From NCBI RefSeq assembly GCF_036321535.1, contig NC_087436.1:100318001-100382000 (forward strand): a stretch of 64,000 bases of DNA, in the 5' to 3' direction. Position numbers and translations under genes: made by a program. Positions 12,250 to 25,425 of the stretch are shown piece by piece (position 1 is the first letter of the stretch; each line of letters opens with the position of its first letter). Source of the DNA: Camelus dromedarius. Lineage: Eukaryota. A model generated the notes under the pieces. That model saw nothing but the letters and a program-made list of their open reading frames with translations, was not told the DNA's origin and ran no database searches.

Positions 12250-14000
12250 TTGCACTACATTGATGATATCATGATAATTTCCTCTTTAGAAGAAGAAGAA
12301 GCTCAGGCAAAATTAAGACTCTTAGTCACCCATATAACAAATATAGGTTTGCTGAAGACTTCAGGTAAATTCAATGCCCAACTCAATTTAGGAAATGCTT
12401 AAGAATGAGTTGGACTTGAAGAATCAAAGGTAGTCTTGAAATTGTGAGAAATAAGTTACTATCCTGTGCAGGCACTATCAATATTCCAGAAGCTCAGAGG
12501 CTAGCATGTTTCATTCACTTTTGGCAAAATTATATTTCTCAAATAGACATCTTGTTGGAGCTCAACCACAGAGTCACCTGAAAGAAATCTGAATCTGAGT
12601 GGACAGAGGTAAGCATTAAATAATTTACAGAGTGGTGTTACAGGCAGTCCCACTAGGACCCTGTGATCCAGTAGCTCAATAGCATTAGAAGTATCTGCAT
12701 TCAGAACATATACAGACTGGACTCTGGAAAAATAAAATAGTGCTACTCTTGGATTTTGGACTTGGACTCAACCATTTGAAAGATAACTGCTAGCTTATCA
12801 TTGGGAGTTAATCAAAATTTTCCACACTTCTGAAGGGTGTCAGATAATTCTGAGACATAGGTACCCACTTATATCTCAGGTGTTGTCAGGGTGATGTTCA
12901 AATAGTCTGAGAGCAGCACACCAAATGTCACTTATCAAGTGGATATTCAAAAGCATGCTAAAGAATAAATTCAGGAGTAGTGCACTGCATACTTGAGAAG
13001 ACAGCTTCACTGACCACAGGGACAACCACAGAGCCCTCCAAGGACATCCCCATTGTCATTGCTGTGTGGTCTCAGTTCTATGATTCTCTTCCATCCAAGG
13101 CAAAATAGTCTTCCCGGTTCACAGATGGAAGTGTCCAGATTGAAGAGCAGGTTTTTCTTTTGAAATCAGTACCATGTGAGCAGAAATACAGGCAGTTTAT
13201 TTAATAATAGAAGAAAAACTAGGCTCCCAGTTTTAGGGGAGCATTTGGATTTTCAGACTCTTGGGCTCTAGCCAAAAGATATACTATATTGTCACACAAA
13301 TAAGCTTCAATGATTGGGCAAAATTGTTATATAAAATGTTCATGTATGGAGAATTGGGGGATAATTATAGGAAGAAATAAGGTGGGATATGGGGATGCCC
13401 CTCCAAAACAACAAAAAAAAAAAAATAAAGAAATAAAAATAAATATAACCCACTTCCCAGCTCAGGCAGAGATTAAATGATAAGGCTGATGTGTGAATCT
13501 AATACCTTACTAGTTCCATGGATTCATGAAATAATTGGGCATTCAGTTCTTGGGCTGTGCACCCATGGTCAGAGACATGAAATATCTCTTGGACTGAATG
13601 GGATGACTAATATAAAGAATATATTTGGGAGAAAAATAATTTGAAAATGGAGGAGGGTACAATTCTCCAAGGATACAGACTAATGCAGAGTCAGCAAATG
13701 GATTACATCAGATCACTAATGGTAGTCCCCTGGACTTGCAAGTGTGTGTTAACTGAGATTGACACCTAATATACTCTAGACATTTCTTATCCTGTAACAG
13801 AAGCGACCTTGGAGACCAGAATTAAAGCTTTGTAGCAGGAAAATATTAATTCAACCCCCCAAACCCAAGACATATTTCTTCTGATCAAGATACATATTTA
13901 CTATAAACACAGACAGGGGTAAAGAGACAATATTAAATGATCTTTCTTTATCTCTTACCATCATCAGAGCAAATACAATGTTTGCTATCCAAAATGGATA
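12250..14000 (+). mobile_element. Decayed class III (ERVL-like) endogenous retrovirus pol
   Basis: Collinear motif remnants: PFER*LLAYHW (12772), FTDGS (13118, RNase H), DSWA (~13256), QMDYI (13695), SDQDTY (13880) and SYHHQS (~13953, integrase); many stops and frameshifts. Confidence 0.75.
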
Positions 14001-15309
14001 ATGCAAAAGGCATTGCTAATTCACGCAAGTAATCTAAATTAAACATGAAGGAAATATTTATGATGAAAAGTACTGCCCTGGAAAAGGTTCTAGAATCAGA
14101 GAATGTGAATACAGGATTAAGGGAGGATGCAAATATATAACTAAATCTCTTTTCCGTATCACAGCTTTTAAAATATTTTCCATTTACCTTACTCAGTGGT
14201 CCTAGGGCAACATTTAAAAGCATGTGTACCCATAGAGACATATATTAGTATAGAAAACAAAGAAACATTGGACGTAGCAGTGTGGAATCCTGAAGCACTT
14301 GAGATGGATCATGATTTCAGCTCATGTAGCTGCATTAGGATGAACTGTGAATGCAGCCCATTATCAGTTGGCAGGGACAGTCAGACTCTATGCCATCTGC
14401 TTGGACATAGAACCAAGGAAAAAAATAACAATTTTGTTATTAGCTCTGTGGGTGAATAATACACCTGCAGAACAGAAAGCCTAACCATGGAAGGCAATGG
14501 ATAAAATAAGAAAACAGGTGTATATCATAGCAGATGGCAGAGAAGGTCATTAGTAGATTCCAATCCCCAGAGGAAAGATGCCACTATGGTAATCTCATGT
14601 GACCAAGTCAGTGTAAGAGAATGGCTATTCTCTTTTAAATCTGTCATTTACTAATGACTGGTATTAGAAGAAATATATTAAGGCTTTGTAGAAAGAAGAT
14701 TGGATTCCTGTTGGGTTATACATTCTCCCCAAATCTTCCACTTGTATAACCTGAACAAAAGAAGTGAAACACTATATGCTGATGACTCAGTTTGATGGGG
14801 AGCTAACTACCACTTTGTGTTCATGATTTTTAGGTTGTGTTTATCATTTCATTTGGCCTGGGGTCAGTAGTTTTCAATGAATTAGATAAGGTGGAGGATG
14901 GTGACCAGCAGAGCTTCCATCCACTGAGTGGGGACAAAGTAAGCAGTTATCTATCCAATAACATACTTAGGAGCAGTCTCCATGGAAAAAAGAATGTAGG
15001 TGACCAAGTGTAACCTCCCTGTAAATATGCTGAAAACTGAGCTCTTGGTAAATAGACTAACAATCTTTGATAGGGAAGAGTCCTCACCAAAGGAATAATT
15101 TTATTAGGACTTATCTGGCTTCGTAGTTTTATGGTAAATAAATCATAAGCTACAGATTTATGGAAGAGAATGACTACTTAGAAAATGCCACATAAACTGT
15201 CCAACTGTCTGAGTATAAAATGGAAATTTATAGTAAACTGAGTTAGATCAATCACATTTTCACTCTGGAAATTGTGACCAAGGAACACACAAAAAAGTTG
15301 GCAATGAGA

Positions 15310-15590
15310 TATAATTTCCCAAATCACTTGTCTTAAAATTGCAACTCACTCCCAAACACATTTCTAATCTACCCTAGCCTTCTCTAGTTTTTTCCCTAAT
15401 GCTCATGATTTTTTTTACATAGTATATAATTAATGTTTCATCATTTATAGTTTATTGCCTGTCTCTATTCATTGGAATATAAGAAGCCTGAAAACAGAAA
15501 TCTATTCTTGCTTCATTGATTTATAGTAAACCCTCCAATAGTGACAAGTGTAAAAATAGGTGCACAAAAGTATTGAATGAATGAATGTGT
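15310..15590 (+). mobile_element. L2 3' end
   Basis: 'tttattgcctgtctct...ggaatataag', ending 'taggtgcacaaaagtattgaatgaatgaatg'. Confidence 0.7.
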
Positions 15591-16937
15591 TCCAGGTAAG
15601 TGTAGTGATGCAATCTGGAGCTACTGTGGACCATGTGCAAAACAAAACTGTGGGGATTCAGGTCGGGATTAAGAGGTTGGGCTTGTATGAATTATAGAAG
15701 TTAAGAAGGAGAGAGAGAAGGGGGAGGAGAAGAAAAGAGATAAGAGAATATGGAAGCAATGGAAGCAGGACCTGTTGGGAATGAGGAAAAGAAGAAAGGA
15801 AAGAGGAGAGAAGAGTATAGGATTAGCTCATCTCTAGAGCTCTTTTAGTTCTTGCCCTTATGATCATTGGTTGTTTACCTTTTGGATCCCTACAGAATTC
15901 TCTAAGAGAGCTCTGTATATAACTACACTACACCACATATTTCTCAAACATTTAAAAGGTGGATTTCCAATTTTTAACACACAAAGAAACTTTCTTAGAA
16001 AGAGTAAGTACCCCTGTAAAAATCCACTGCGAAGTATTTTTATCAAATTCAATAGCAGTATGAACAATAATAATATTAAAATCATCTTGATAGCAAGCAA
16101 AAGTATTCTCATTTTTCTTTAAAAATGCAACTTATTGACATTTCAAAATTTTAAATTTGATAATTTTGGAGATATGTGCATTTTAAAATTCCCAATAAAT
16201 CTATGAAAATAAAATTGAGAACATTAGTGGGTTTTTTTGGAAACACATTACTTCTAGCCCACAATAGCTGTAATTACAGTTGACTGTGCTCTCCTTTTGA
16301 CTTTGCAGAAACAGTAAATGTTAATGAGGCACTCATTTTTTTTTGTGTGCATGTGGAGTTGTTCACATGCAAAAGACATTAAAAATTCACCTGCTAACAT
16401 CTGTGGTGCCTACAGACTTTGCACAAACAGTTGAATGCTTTACTTGGAATGATGCACAAAAATTCCTATTATGACAAAATATAAACTTATAGTACCTACA
16501 TCTCATTATTTGAAAAAAGATAATAAAAATATTCTAAATGAAATAATTTTTCATACATTTTTGTGGGTAATGTAAGGATTCTACAAGAATAACTAAAAGA
16601 ATCAGATAGATCATAAGGTAAAGGACATTGAATATTATAGTTAAAGCTCATTCTCTTATTTAGAGCACTCAGTATTTAGACCCTGAAATATTTTCTTCTC
16701 AAAATTTTTTTTAATATTAAGGGATTGATATTATAATGGTTTATCTAGAATGAGAACATTGAATCTATTAAAATGAAACAGAACATGTCAGCCAGAGGAA
16801 TACAGATTGAGATGACTAGCAATGAAGCTTATAGAGCCATGGGGATAAAACAAAACAAAAAAGGTGTACTTTATTAAATAAAATAAATGATAGAAACCAA
16901 AACATTCATAATTTGAATGGCTTCTCTTCTACCCATT

Positions 16938-17360
16938 TGTGGTAGGCAGAGTAACAGACTCACAAAGATGTCCATATCCTAATTCCCTGAAACTGTGAAG
17001 GTTATTTTATATGGCAAAGGGGAATTATGTTTGAAGATGAAATTAAGGCTACTAACCAGCTGAGTTTATGATGAATTATCTGGAAATATTTGTGTGGATT
17101 CAATGTTATCATAAAAGTCCTTTCAAGTGAAAGAGGGAAGCAGAAGAAAAGGTCATGATCAATCATCATGATAAGAAGTCAACCTACCTTTGCTGGGTTT
17201 GAAGAAAGAAGAAGAGAGGCTTAAGCCAAGGAAGGCAGACACCTCTAGAAGCTAGAAAATGCAAGAAATAAGATTCTTCCCTAACATCTGTGGTGCCTAC
17301 AGAACCTCCAGAGGAACATAGCCATGTTGACACCTTGATTCTAGTTTAGTGAGACTCAGA
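16938..17360 (+). mobile_element. MaLR LTR (MLT1D-like), 3'-truncated
   Basis: Starts 'tgtggtaggcagagtaac...aaagatgtccatatcctaattccctgaaactgtgaa'; later 'ctctagaagctagaaaa.gcaag...gacaccttgattctag'. Confidence 0.85.
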
Positions 17361-17364
17361 ATCT

Positions 17365-18312
17365 CCACTTAGTGGGCCTATATCAACAAATGTGGTTAGA
17401 TTCAATTGTGTGTTCCATTCACCATTATCTTGCACTCTTAATATCCATTTCCACATCTCTTCCTAACATTTCTGTCTGTAAACTGAAAAATTCACGTGGT
17501 TCTTTTGGAGTGTAGAACACTGCCTCATGGGTCACATCTTATAGATCCTACTGATACTTGAGCCTATTTGCAAGTCTAGAAGCAAAGGGGAATAGTAAGA
17601 ATGGGTCCTGATAAGAATAAGTAGTGTATTGTAAGCTACTTTAAAGGAAGCCATTACAGGTTCCACCACCAAGTAGTATTAACCTCTTCAGAAAAGGACT
17701 TGGAAGAATTTATAGGCTCAGTATCTCCAGCTACCCCAGGAACTGTTCATATATCCTCATTCCAATTTTCAGAACCCTATCCTTTTCTCGATCAATGCAG
17801 TCACTCTAACAGCAGGCACCCTATGAGATTGGGAATTCAATTTGTATTATAGTTCAACCAGTCACAGGTAGGATTCATTTAAAAAATTTTGTCTCCACAG
17901 ATACGAGCAATAAGGGTTTCATTCAGGGCAGACACAGGTTATTCATGCATGGAACTTGAAGCCCGGATCTCATCCTTTGTTTTCCCATACTCTGCCCAGC
18001 AATTAGGAGCAACCACCAATCTCACTATAGCCATTAGCTTGACAAAAAAAGGTCTTTGATAGCAAATTCGTCATTGCTCAGAACCTTCCCTCTTCTAAGT
18101 ATTTGATTACGAGCATCCAACAGTGATAATTTGTGTTCTTTATTCCCACATCATACCATGGATTATCAGTGCCTCTTTACCACTAGAAATGGAATAATTA
18201 ATGCCTTTAATTAGAACCAGATTAGTGAGCCAATTCCATAAATTCCAAAACTAATTCCAAAACCTTATTTTTAAGATTCTGTTCCTCTTGTACTACTTTC
18301 AGCACCAAAATC
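17365..18312 (-). mobile_element. ERVL internal sequence (leader/gag) downstream of the MLT2 LTR
   Basis: Minus strand reads 'gattttggtgctgaaagtagt' immediately after the LTR, an ERVL PBS-like junction; the sequence that follows is degenerate. Confidence 0.6.
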
Positions 18313-18688
18313 TATAATAGTTAAGGTTCTCCAGAGAAACAAAACCAATAGGAGATTTAGTTATTCATTTATTTATAGAAATTGGCTCACACATTTTTGG
18401 GAGCTAGCAAATCCAAAGAAAGTCAGGCAGGGTTTTTATTATAGTCTTGAGGCAATGGTCCTTCTTCTCTGGGAAACCTCTGCTTTTGTTCTTAAGCCCT
18501 TCATCTGATTGAATGAGGCTCACTTGTATAGTTGAAGATAATCTCCATTATCCAAAGTCATCTGATTATAAATGTTAATCACATCCACAAAATACCCTCA
18601 CATTAACCTCTAGACTAGAGTTTGACCAAGGCCTATGCTTTTGGCACCATAGCCTAACCAAGTTGACACATAAAACTTAACCATTATA
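18313..18688 (-). mobile_element. MLT2 (ERVL) LTR
   Basis: 'ggttctccagagaaacaaaaccaatagga...tttattatagaaattggctcac...aagttgacacataaaacttaaccattat' is the antisense MLT2 pattern. Confidence 0.85.
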
Positions 18689-20049
18689 TCCAGCAAAGAC
18701 ATCTTAAATGCAACTGGCTTTATTTTCCCTCTCAGTTCATAGTAGTGTAAAATTCAGTGACTACTAAAAGTTTAATGACACCGACTTTATTTATGTGGAG
18801 GTGTTAGCAATTTAACCAATGTTATTTTTATACCAGAAGTGGAAACGTTAACGTAACAACAACAACAACAAAAGACAAATAGTACTTTAGAACTTTTATG
18901 AAAATAGTTTTGACAGCATGGACCTTCTCCATTGGTTGGATAAACCCATAGAACTAGTTTGAGGATCCCCGTTCCAGTAAATTATAACTAGCTTATTTCT
19001 AGAAGTTTAATTATCAGCTTGACAGAGAGATGAGACTGAGATGATCTGCATTCTTTCTTTCCTTGAAGAACTATGTCACAGTTACCTAACTCCTTTTTCC
19101 CATGGTAAATTGGGAACAATGTTGAAAAGGTATCAAATCCAGTGTTAGTGAGTATATAATCTTGTAATTTGTTTGATCTCCTTTCTGCTTTGCTTTTATT
19201 TTATTAAATGAAATATGATATTTTTTGAGATTGATGGTTTAAGTTAGAATTTTTGCTGTATATTACACCAAAAAATGATCAATTGTTCAAAATCACTTTA
19301 AATAGAAATATTTTCATGTACTCTTGTGCCAATATATTACTAAAATACTTTAAATGAAAAATAAATGGCTTACATGATACATGTCATGTTGATATTCAAT
19401 ATTTTATTTTAAAATTAATCTGCTAAATTCTGAATAGTTCTTTTAATATTAATAGAATCCATTAACAATAAGTAAGTGAGCTCATAGTTCATTAGTAAAA
19501 AAATAATTCTTAGGTTACAATTTAAATGAAAATGCCTCCTAAAATAATCTTTTTAATAAATGTAATTTCTTTTAAGATTCATTTTAGACTCAGGGTAACA
19601 AGTCAACAGAACAATCAGCTATTAATAACAATCATATTTGTATATTATTTTAGAAAGCTTTTTGTTTTTATTAACTGACTTAGAAAAATTCTTCCCATAA
19701 TGCAGAGAATAATTTTACTTTATATAGTATGTAGTGTATGGTTACTGATTTTGTCTTTTCTGAGTACTTGCATCAACTGCCTCCTCTTCTTTCAAAATTA
19801 TTTGTTAAACTTTGACTAAGGCTTCAAGATATGTTTGCTTCAGATACTCTTTTTTTTCTTTTAGTCTAAGTTGAGAAGAAAAACTTGTGCTATGTAATGT
19901 GCTTTATAAGTAAATGCTATTTTATAATAATTTCAATGAAAAAAATATTTCATACTCATAATATTCTTATCACTAAAATAATAGTTTATAATTTTTGTTA
20001 TTATTTTATACATTTTAAATAAGCATAATTTTGGCTGAACAGGACTCAT

Positions 20050-20146
20050 TATTATTTACATTTTTTTTAATGGAGGTACTAGGGTTTGAACCCAGGACCA
20101 CATGCATGCTAAGAATGCACTGTACCACTGAACTAAATTCTTCCCC
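20050..20146 (-). mobile_element. Vic-1-like SINE
   Basis: 'aatggaggtactagggtttgaacccaggacc.catgcatgctaag..tgcactgtaccactgaacta' is the reverse complement of the SINE head. Confidence 0.85.
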
Positions 20147-20384
20147 ACTACAGTCTTATTTTAATGCTTTGGAATGCATAACTTGAAATCTAATTCTAAG
20201 TTCAGGTGATTTCAATAATACGTTTAACAGGTGTCACAACAGAAAAAAAAATTCATAAAGATATACAGATGTAAAAAAAGTAAAATATTTGGTGTAATTA
20301 TTAAATCATGGTGCTTTTTTTCTATCCAATCCCCCAATTATACAGAGATTTTCTTTTTTATAGTTGGTTACTTATTTTTCATAA

Positions 20385-20752
20385 TGCCTGTCTTTTTGCC
20401 TGTACAGGTTCTTATAACATAAAACTATAGACTGGATGGCTTATAGACAACAAAAACTTATTTCTCACAGCTCTGGAGGCTGGGAAGTCAAAGAATCAAG
20501 GCACTGGCAGATTTGGTTCTAGTGAAAACCCACTTTCTTGTTCATAACCAACTTCTCACCATAATTTCACATGGCAGAAAAGGTATGGGAGCTCCCTGGG
20601 GTCCTTTTATAAAGGCATTAACCTCATTCAAGAGGGCTCCACTCTCATGACCTAATCACCTCCTAAAGACCCCACCTCCCATTACCATCACCTTGGGGAT
20701 TAGTTTCAACATATGAATTTTGGTGGGACATCAACATTCTGTCTATAGCAAA
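20385..20752 (-). mobile_element. MaLR LTR (MLT1A-like)
   Basis: 'ataacataaaactatagactggatggctta...tttctcacagctctggaggctgggaagtc...atgacctaatcacctcc...catatgaattttgg...tatagca'. Confidence 0.85.
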
Positions 20753-22151
20753 GCCTAATGTTAATGAGGTATATTTTTAAGTAAAATATTTTGCTTCTTT
20801 TTAATATTTATGAAATGCTGGTAAGAGGGAGGCACATAATTTTTGACAATAAAACCCATAATGAAATAATTATTTAAAACACCCATTTTAATGTGTTTTA
20901 AAGCACTATTAAATTTTGTTTCTGTTTAAATAGATTAAACTATGTTTATTTTCCAAAACTATGTTAAATATTCATAAAATACAGTATCTTTTATCTCCCT
21001 AGTAGATAATCTCCACTTCATTTTCTTTTTATTAAACCACCATTTGTCTTGAAAGTGAGTAGCATTTACTACTTAACTGTGGGGAGCCTAGACTCCTATT
21101 CTACAGTGGTAAAGCCATAACTTTCAGAAATAGTTTCGGCAATCTTATTTATTTTGATTTTGATCCATCTTAAATTAGATATGTGACCAGTTCTGGCTCA
21201 TATGTTGAGATATGATAAGTCTTTTGCTTGCCTCTCCCTGTTTCAGTAATAGTAAATAAATGCATAGATAAATATATGTAGATAGATGATAGATAAAGTA
21301 AATAAATCAAGGCTTCCAAAAGAAAGAGATTGTTGTTTTTACTCATTCTTTATGCTTAAAATCAGTCCTGATGTATCAGCAGGAGAAAGAGGGCACAAGT
21401 CTCCACATTAATGATAGAGAAATAGAAAAATAAAAAGTGTTGGTGGCACAGATGACCACAGGAAGCAGCTAAAGCATGGCACTCAGACGCATTCCCCCAA
21501 CAAGCCCTGTTTTATTTATATCGCTCTAAATCTGACTTCATTGCCTGGGAGTCAAAAGCATTTCTGACTAATGGAGAAATGTACTACTAAGGGACACTTG
21601 TCATCGTAGGGAAGATCACTACATTTGGCTCTCCTGTCTTTTTATAAAGGACAACTGTCATGAATCATCTTCATCTTTGACAACTTTTTAAAATAGGATT
21701 GCCAGAAGATTATAAATAAATCTTAAGATGGTTAAAAAGAGTTTTGATCATTCTCCATCTCAAGGGAAATTACAATATAGTAATATGTTTGCCATCGATG
21801 ATAATAGAATCTGTCACTGACTTAATGGGACATGAGTAAACAGAAATATATCACAATCTTCTTGAATAAAATAAGAAATGAAGTATTTTTTTCATATTTC
21901 ATGTAACTGGAAGACAGTATTTTCCATTTGGATGACTCATGTAATACATGCAATATATAACTGTGACATTCAGACCATATGAGGGTCCTTGAATTAATAT
22001 GCATATTACATATAAATAAGTTTTGTATCTTTTGTATTTTTAGTTTTAGAAAAAGCAAAACTAACTTCAGGTTAAAGATGATTGATTGAACAAACATTTA
22101 TCATAGTCAATTTCCTAAACCCCACCTGAATAAGAGAAAGAAACATTTTTA

Positions 22152-22327
22152 GAGGGGGAAGGGTATATAGCTCAGTGGTAGAGTGCATGCCTAGCATGTA
22201 GGAGGTCCTGGGTTCAATCCCCAGCACCTCCATTAAAAACAAACAAACAAACAAACACACAAACAAATCTGATTACCTCCCCTCACTAAAAAAATAAATA
22301 ATTAAAAATTTAAAAAAAATTTTTGAA
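22152..22327 (+). mobile_element. Vic-1-like SINE, well preserved
   Basis: 'gggtatatagctcagtggtagagtgcatgcctagcatgtaggaggtcctgggttcaatccccagcacctcc' plus (aaac)n/A tail; 15-bp TSD at 22137-22151 and 22328-22342. Confidence 0.95.
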
Positions 22328-23099
22328 AAAGAAATGTTTTTAAAGGTACAAATTTAAAAAAAATTTTTGAAAAAGAAATGTTTTTAAAGGTACATCTACA
22401 ACGAAATCTATAACAACAGAGAAAATAATAGCAGTAACATCTTGGAAGCTGGAAAGCAGTGTAAGTTACTGCTGATTTAGGAGTCTTAGAAAAGTTAAAT
22501 TCTAAGCCTAAAATGGGGAAAAATGAGAAGGAATCCAATATGCACCACAGCAATCCTACATGGCCCAGAAATTAATGGTAACTTGATTGCATAGAAATAA
22601 AAGTGAAGAGAATTTCTACAAAGAAAAGAGCATTTGTTGAAGATCTGTTTAATAAGGAGTTTAAACCCAAGTATGTGGTTACTCTGTCCCTTCTGAACAA
22701 TGACAGGTGATGGGAAGATCTAGTCTCTAAATAGCATAAAAAAATAAAAATAGGTGTCTTGATTAGAATAGAGTAGCATTTCAAAGACAATTACATTGAA
22801 TATTGTTTCCTTTAGGAATTTGATCAGCCCATGAGAAAAGTTGGCAATAATTCAGACTCAGACATTTCCCAATGAAACCACCAACCTGATCAAATAAGAC
22901 AAATAGGATAACCAGGACTGAAGATCCCAGAAGGGCATCTGTGTGATAGGTATACAGAGAAATCCAATTAGAAACCCAGTTAGAGCAGATTGAATAGCAA
23001 GACGATCTACACGAAAAGGAAATTCAGCGCCACCTTATGGATTTGAAAATGATTTATATAATTAGGGGCATGTGAGTGAGTTAAAAATAATTGTTGGCG

Positions 23100-23590
23100 T
23101 AGGTATTGTTATTTGCCCTCTGCCAATATAAACCTTCATCATTGTTCTACAGGAATAAAACCCTTATCTTTAGCTCTCAACGTATGGTTGCATGAAATAT
23201 GTTCCCCATTCTCGCTAGTGGTTATGTGTGGTCATATGACCAAATTGTTGCAAATAAGATTTATGTAGGTCCCCAAGTGTAACTTGGGGAAAATGCCATT
23301 AAAAGAAGGGTAAGCCCTTCTCTTCCCTTTTTTCACTTTCTGAAATACAGATATAACGACCGGCTATCCTGAGAGATGAAATGACTGTTGTGCACATGCA
23401 GGCTTTGCACAGCAAAGAAATACGATTGAAAGACCTAGCATCCTGACATCATAGAGCAATACACCAGCTTTGGATATTTAAATATTAGGTATTAGATATT
23501 TAAATGAGAGACAAATTAACTTCTTATGGTTTAAACTACAGGTATGTTTGTGTTATCTGTCAGCAGACACTATCTTACTGATAATAGAGT
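23100..23590. mobile_element. Old ERVL LTR (LTR33-like)
   Basis: 'gtggtcatatgaccaaatt...caaataagat' and 'tgagagacaaattaacttctta.gtttaaact' motifs. Confidence 0.45.
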
Positions 23591-24729
23591 TTTTTAAACA
23601 GAATTATGCCTGACACAGAGAATCTAAAATAGTTCTCCTTGGCTTAGTGCAGGTAGGCAGAATGGGTCCCAGTAACTCAGATACTGTAAGCAGGAAAACG
23701 TGTATGACTTTTGATATGTCTACACAATGGCCCGATTTTTCCTATTTTCTAGCACAAAACAATGTTCCAGGCTCATCTTGTACTTTTCTTCATCCAGGTC
23801 TATAATTAACCATGTAACCAATGAACATGGGCTCCATTTAGTGGACGATGCCATTTTGAAATCAAGACCAGGGCTGTCAATATGTTCACTGCTATGGGAG
23901 TGTTATTGCCTCTAGACTCAGTGGACAGAACTAGAAAAACACATTTGTGTATATACTTACATTTATATACCTTTGCATTTATTTATTTTTCTGACTATAA
24001 GGAAATAATACCTACAATTTTAATTCAGTATGTCAGGTTTTGTTTTAAAGTTCTTCTTGTTGTGTTTTAAAATACCGTTTCTGGAAGTGAGAAATTTGGC
24101 TTTAATTATCTTCACCACATTTTGTTCAACTGATTTATATATTTGTTCGATGAGAACAATCACCCATATCAATTATTTCTATGCCCCCACATCCTCATTG
24201 TTCCAAGTCCTTGAACTCTGGTTTGTCTAATCCTTTATATTTTAATGATTTGTTTTGAATGCTTCTTTGGTTGTTTACTCAACACCTAATGATAACTCTG
24301 GTATAGGCATTTTATCTGAATTGTTTGAATTTTCATGATAGTGTTATTGTTACGAATTTTACAGCAGTCTAAAGAAAGTATTTGAAAATAATATGCACAA
24401 CTATTGCTCTTTTTCTATATTTATAAAATTTTATATGTAACAAATATAATCTTAAGTGCACCTAATATCTACTGAGCATTTTCTACATGCTAGGCACTAT
24501 ATTTATACATGTCAAGCACTTTATTTTTGTTCTTTCACTGAGTTATAAGCATTTTTTTTTTCATTGGGAAAAAAAATGTAGAGTTAGTGTGATTATGAGT
24601 AGTAAATCTACATAAGAACAGAATCAAATTTCAACTCCATCACTTTTTTTTTTAACATTTATAGTTAGTGTGATTATGAGTAGTAAATCTACATAAGAAC
24701 AGAATCAAATTTCAACTCCATCACTTTTT

Positions 24730-25425
24730 TTTTAACATTTTTTATTGATTTATAATCATTTTACAATGTTGTGTCAAATTCCAGTGTTCAGCACAATTTT
24801 TCAGCTATTCATGGACATATACACACTCATTGTCACATTTTTTTCTCTGTGAGTTATCATAACATTTTGTGTATATTTCCCTGTGCTATACAGTGTAGTC
24901 TATTCTACAGTTTTGAAATCCCAGTCTATCCCTTCCCACCCTCCACCCCCTTGGTAACCACAAGTCTGTATTCTCTGTCTGTGAGTCTATTTCTGTCCTG
25001 TATTTACGCTTTGTTTTTGTTTGTTTGTTTGTTTTTGTTTTTGTTTTTTAGATTCCACATATGAGCGATCTCATATGGTATTTTTCTTTCTCTTTCTGGC
25101 TTACTTCACTTAGAATGACATTCTCCAGGAGCATCCATGTTGCTGCAAATGGCATTATGTTGTCGGTTTTTATGGCTGAGTAGTATTCCATTGTATAAAT
25201 ATACCACCTCTTCTTTATCCAGTCACCTGTTGATGGACATTTAGGCTGTTTCCATGTTTTGGCTATTGTAAATAGTGCTGCTATGAACATTGGGGTGCAG
25301 GTGCCATCCTGAAGTAGATTTCCTTCTGGATACAAGCCCAGGAGTGGGATTCCTGGGTCATATGGTAAGTCTATTCCTAGTCTTTTGAGGAATCTCCACA
25401 CTGTTTTCCATAGTGGCTGCACCAA
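24730..25425 (-). mobile_element. Young 5'-truncated L1 (ORF2 C-terminus plus 3' UTR)
   Basis: Open frame [13 protein letters not shown]...CTPMFIAALFTIAKTWKQPKCP...ICGI; aataaa and A tail; 11-bp TSD catcacttttt at 24719-24729 and 25426-25436. Confidence 0.97.

Noticed and set aside
13959..14033. Minus-strand exon candidate (tttag|ATTAC...GATG|gtaaga)
   Set aside because: The donor overlaps the plus-strand integrase remnant (SYHHQS, PYHPQS-like), so it is most simply coincidental; there is no other support.
22152..22232. tRNA gene (A and B boxes); likewise at 7857, 20050, 54438 and 56275
   Set aside because: Each is followed by the SINE tail, and four of the five show flanking TSDs; these are tRNA-derived SINEs, not tRNA genes.
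22955..23060. Coiled-coil-like frame REIQLETQLEQIE*QDDLHEKEIQRHLMDLK
   Set aside because: Short, has an internal stop and no splice context; probably decayed L1 5'/ORF1 sequence or chance.
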